Assembly: GCA_964187785.1 (NCBI GenBank)
Contig: OZ076418.1
Location: 28,644,001-28,708,000, forward strand
Direction of reading: 5' to 3'
Source: Amphiscolops sp. MND2022
Lineage: Eukaryota
Length of the DNA stretch: 64,000 nt
Positions within the stretch are counted from its first letter, which is position 1; each line of letters opens with the position of its first letter. This document shows positions 60,101-64,000 of the stretch, piece by piece. A program made the position numbers and the translations under genes. Under the pieces are notes generated by a model. The model had not been told where the DNA came from. It worked only from the letters and a program-made list of their open reading frames with translations, and searched no databases.

Positions 60101-62832
60101 TTGCGTTGTGCAAAAATTGAGCTTACGTATTTGGAAAAAGGTAGGGTTGTTATGTTATCATACTTGTGTAGGAGTGCAAGTTCTACTGTGATATCATCTT
60201 TGAGATTAATTTGAGTTGTCGGACTTTGACCGTCAGCAGGTTTGTCATCATTGGGTGTGAGTTTTACTTTGAATCCACAATTTATGCTGATATCAAACCG
60301 ATGTCTAGCAAAAATATTGTAGAACTCGATGAGAATCTTTTTGATTTCTTGTCGTTCGTCAGTGTTCGTTCGTTCGTTCTGAGTGTTGTATCAGACCAAT
60401 CGAAGTGTGAAAGAAATTCTGTTCTGGAAGTTTGATAATCATGTGGGTTGAGTTTCTCGCGTTCTTGGAGTTCGAGAAGTTCGTTGTAGATACGTTGCTG
60501 GATTGGAGTGTATGTTGCTGGATCGCCCGATTCTTCAGGAGTAGGGAACCAGTATGTTTCCTGTTCTGGATTTGATTGTGGAACCTTCAAGAGTTCATTT
60601 ATGTAGACCTCCGTTGTTTCTTCATGTTGTATCAGAAGGAAAATAACGCTGGATCTACTGGCTGAAAATGTTTGATTTATGCTGTTGTGAGAATCTTGAA
60701 ATCCGCAAAATGGGTGTCAAGTGTTATTGTGTATGGTAGTTCAGAAAAATTGATGATTTTTTATCAAATTGCATTGTTGTTGACAGTAGTTAATGATGCT
60801 GTGTTAAAGATGCTATCGTGATTTTCAAAATGTTGGGATGTAGTGACTATTCCAGTTGCGTCATAATCCATCAGATGGAGCCTTTTGCTTGCAATGGCGA
60901 GTGTTCCGCCTGGTCGTAAAGTGTAGGTCTTTTCTGCAAACAATGGTGTTGCTGGTCGTATGGATAGTTGGGTGTCGGGTTTGAGCTGCAATGAAAGATA
61001 GGGAATGGTTAAGAAGCCTTGAGTGACATGAAAAAATGCATTATTTGTTCTTACGAAGCACATACCCAACAAGTGGGTATAGTAACTTTTTGATGATGAT
61101 GAAGTTTTTGTTCAACATGAAGTCAACGACTTCAATTCGAGTAATACTGTGCCGATTGGGACCTCTAATTGTCCATTGGCCACCATTATTTGGACGTTTG
61201 ATGGAGGACCAGTTTCTTTGATCGATTCGTTTGCAAGCAACTATGATTTTATTGAGGTCTTGTTCGGAGATTGCACTTGTGAGAGCTCCGGTGTCAATAA
61301 GACCATCAGGTGTGAGTTTTTCAAAGTCCATTGGTATGTAATACATGTGGCGTTTTCTCTTCAGTTTTGAAGAGGTTGAAATTGGGAGATATGACAAGTT
61401 TCGTTCCTTATCAAATTGTATATATTCGTGAGAGCTTTATCTAAAAGGGGTTGTTTTTTTTATTGCAAGATGGTTTTTCTGTGACATAATTTTTTGAGGT
61501 GTGGTGAATTTCTGGGATTAAGTCGATTTTGGGTGGGTTGGTTGTTGTGGAAAGTAGTTGTCAGGTGCATCGTGCAAAAGTTCATATAAGTTTTTGGGTT
61601 GAGTTTCTGGATTTGAGTGTTGAGAATTTTCCGTTTTTAGTTCAGATACAAAAATTGTTATTTTTGAAGGTTATGGGCTCGGCGGATGCTGCCAGTCATC
61701 TGCTAAATTTTGTTTTTGTGGTGAGTTTGTGTAAAGGCGTGGCGTTCCGATTTTAAATCCTTCAAAGAGGATTGTTGTTGTCGTTCAATTTTCTGTCTAA
61801 CTGGCTTATTGGCCTGTTTGTAATCTGTAATAACTTTGTTTTTAATCCTCTGTTAGGTTCCATTTGGGTGGCCTATTATCCATGTTAGCACCAAAGTAGC
61901 AATCTTCTTCGTCATGACCCGGGGCTTTGCAGTTAGCACATTTAGGTGAAGTCCGGGTCTTCTTCAAGTTTACATCGTTTAGCTAGTTTGGGGCAGTCAG
62001 TCATTGTGTGGCTGGCATCTTTGCAATAACGGCATTAATCATTTTTGAGTGTTATCAGATTTTGTTTTTGGCGTTTGTTTTTTGGTCTTTCCGTATTGTT
62101 TTTGTTGTGTTTTTCAGTGTTTTGTTCTTTTTTGGTAACGGTCATTTAAGTTTTAACGAGGGGTACATTTCTCTTTCAAGATGTTTAACGATTTGATCAT
62201 ATGTGCCATTTTCAAGGTAGGCTTGATTAATAGACTTTTTGAGGTGGGGAGGCATTTCACCATAGAGTGAATTCTCTATCATTTGGTGGGCGTAGTCCCC
62301 AAACGCTTTCTCGGAACTTTCTTGGAGCTCTTCTAGGATCCCAGAAGTTTTTGGTTTTCTGAGTCAAATGAGAGCCTGTTGAATCTGTGTTTCGCAGATG
62401 TAGTGGACTCCGGTTTTACATATTTTCTGCAAAAGACCTTAAGAATATCTTCTAAGGTCGTATTTGGGGTTCTTGATTGTATGTTTTTGAATGTTTTGAG
62501 AGCCACACTTCTCAGATGTGCGTGAAACTGGTTAATTTTCTCTTCTGTTAGGTTTGGTTGCATTCGGAGTGTTGTATGAAACAAATCTTCAAAATATTCA
62601 AATTTCTAGTTTTTCTCGTTTTTGCAATTGAAAATGAGTGTGTTCTTGGGATAAAAGAGACTGTGGGGAGTTTTTGTTCGCCAGTTTTTCTATTGCTAAG
62701 GCAATCTAGTTAACTGGGTCAAGTGGTTGTGTCAACAAAATTTGGCAAATTTTGGTGTGCGTGGGATCCTATTGTGTCGTTTAATTTTTGTGAGTTTTCT
62801 CTAAGGAGTTGTCGGTTGGCTCCCGTCACCAT
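57169..62832 (-). pseudogene. gag-pol: Gypsy gag-pol of element R, heavily frameshifted
   Basis: Gag FHTTLRMQPNLT...KYVKPES, knuckle CANCKAPGHDEEDC, PR LIDTGALTSAI, RT QYVDDIVIA, RH SDASFTDAGYA, IN MDILPNLPPS...TIITDLG...QTIGLLDRTH; the integrase zinc-finger segment appears deleted near 58540. Confidence 0.93.
62818..62831 (-). promoter_or_regulatory. Primer-binding site of element R
   Basis: TGGTGACGGGAGCC immediately after the LTR end ...GATTATCACA; similarity to the 48210 copy stops exactly here. Confidence 0.85.
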
Positions 62833-64000
62833 GTGATAATCCTCCTCGTCGGATTCTTCGTTTCAATTAATGGTTACATCTACGTCAGATTCATTATGGA
62901 ATAATGGTCTTACAGGATGTTCTAAGTCCTTCATTTTTGAAGCTCTGAGAGGATAATCGTCATTTTCAGAATCTGAATTTTCGTTATTAGATGCGCGAAC
63001 TCCTATATACTTATCTATCCTTGTTCCCGAAGGTTGTGGGTCTTGCATTTCATTAGCATCTGACCTCGGGTTTGTTACTGTTGATACACTCTGGTTGTAT
63101 TTTACTAAAGTACTAAAATACTAAATTACTAGGCTAGTAGCTATTTCAAAATTAGTTCTAGTTTATTGTTCATTTCTTCTCTCATTTTTCCCATTCTCTC
63201 AGTATTTTTCTGTTCAACAATCAGCGTCCATACTTATATCTCATCGCTAATCTGACGGGGTTCTCCTAGCCGGTTTTCCAAATTAGGTTCACCTAAACTT
63301 ACCTGAACATTCAGATTAGAATTAGTTGAAGTTATACTACCTGTATCTGGGGAATCAGCTCTACTTTCACTTGCTTCTCTGTCGGGAGATGGGGTTGCTA
63401 GTCACCTCGACCTTCGGTTTCTGTTATTTCCCAATTCGCTTAGTAGAAAACAAGTTATGTCTTTTGGGGAAGAATTTGAATTATCTTTTCAGATGGGAAA
63501 TCTAAACTTTGGAGAAGACAATGAGAACAGCGGAAATGTTCGCAAAATTTTGAAGAAATTATACCAACTGCTCTTGATGGGAGTTCCTCTCTGATCCTCT
63601 CTTCCCAAATTACAAAAAAATGACAAGCATTTTTACAAATGTCAAAGAATCCTCGAAACCCAAAAATATAATAACGTCAACTTTACGTAATTCTGTTTAT
63701 ATCGCTTCCACAATGATGCAAATGTGACTAAATGGTCTAGAAACCCTAGAAAAACACTGCACTTTTACATATTTAACACTACAATTGCTGTTTGATGATG
63801 ATTAACAACATAACTTTCAAAGACTGCACTTTTGGCTGAAAAACGTATAACACCTCATATACATTACATCTTGTACTGTATAATGACGTATAACACGTAT
63901 GAACATTATCATAAAAAGTGAACAATAATGCATGTATATAACAGTTCAATCCGCATGGTAACTTGTAGTTTCGCTATGAAAAGCGTATGGTGACGTTTGT
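62832..64000 (-). repeat. 5' LTR of element R (partial)
   Basis: Direct repeat of 48210-49309; encodes the Gag leader. Confidence 0.85.

Larger units (their letters stand above)
48210..64000 (-). mobile_element. Giant Ty3/Gypsy element R (at least 15.8 kb if the two LTR-like copies are sisters), decayed; 5' LTR runs off the window
   Basis: Direct repeat 48210->=49309 vs 62832-64000 (roughly 85-90% by eye); PBS after the 62832 copy; gag-PR-RT-RH-IN at 62830-57169. Confidence 0.82.

Overview
Eukaryotic (animal-like) genomic DNA, AT-rich, almost entirely nested transposable elements plus one host gene. In order: a minus-strand BEL/Pao element cut by the left edge (1-4651); small MITE/SINE-like repeats; a 4-exon gene for an orphan 398-aa type I membrane protein (13924-11207, minus); and a near-intact Mag-like Ty3/Gypsy element (15830-20875) with an unexplained 192-codon ORF upstream of gag-pol. 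Then follow a decayed CR1/L2-like LINE, a 5.7-kb tandem duplication, and two decayed, mutually divergent giant Ty3/Gypsy elements (22583-~45000 and 48210->64000, both minus). The left giant element carries a BEL insertion with three LTRs. The best candidate for an undescribed system is the 7-9 kb region that both giant elements carry between the pol stop and the LTR end. It has the same gene order in both and peptide motifs conserved between them: antisense ORF-C, an antisense spliced zinc-finger gene ORF-B, a CCAAT/CRE promoter-like segment, sense ORF-A with a CxxC motif, arrays of CG(C/T)AT, and ~170 Gag N-terminal codons encoded inside the LTR. An acoel flatworm host (Symsagittifera/Convolutriloba-like) is suspected from recalled similarity of the MGNKR-type LTR leader; this is unverified. 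All alignments and counts were done by eye.
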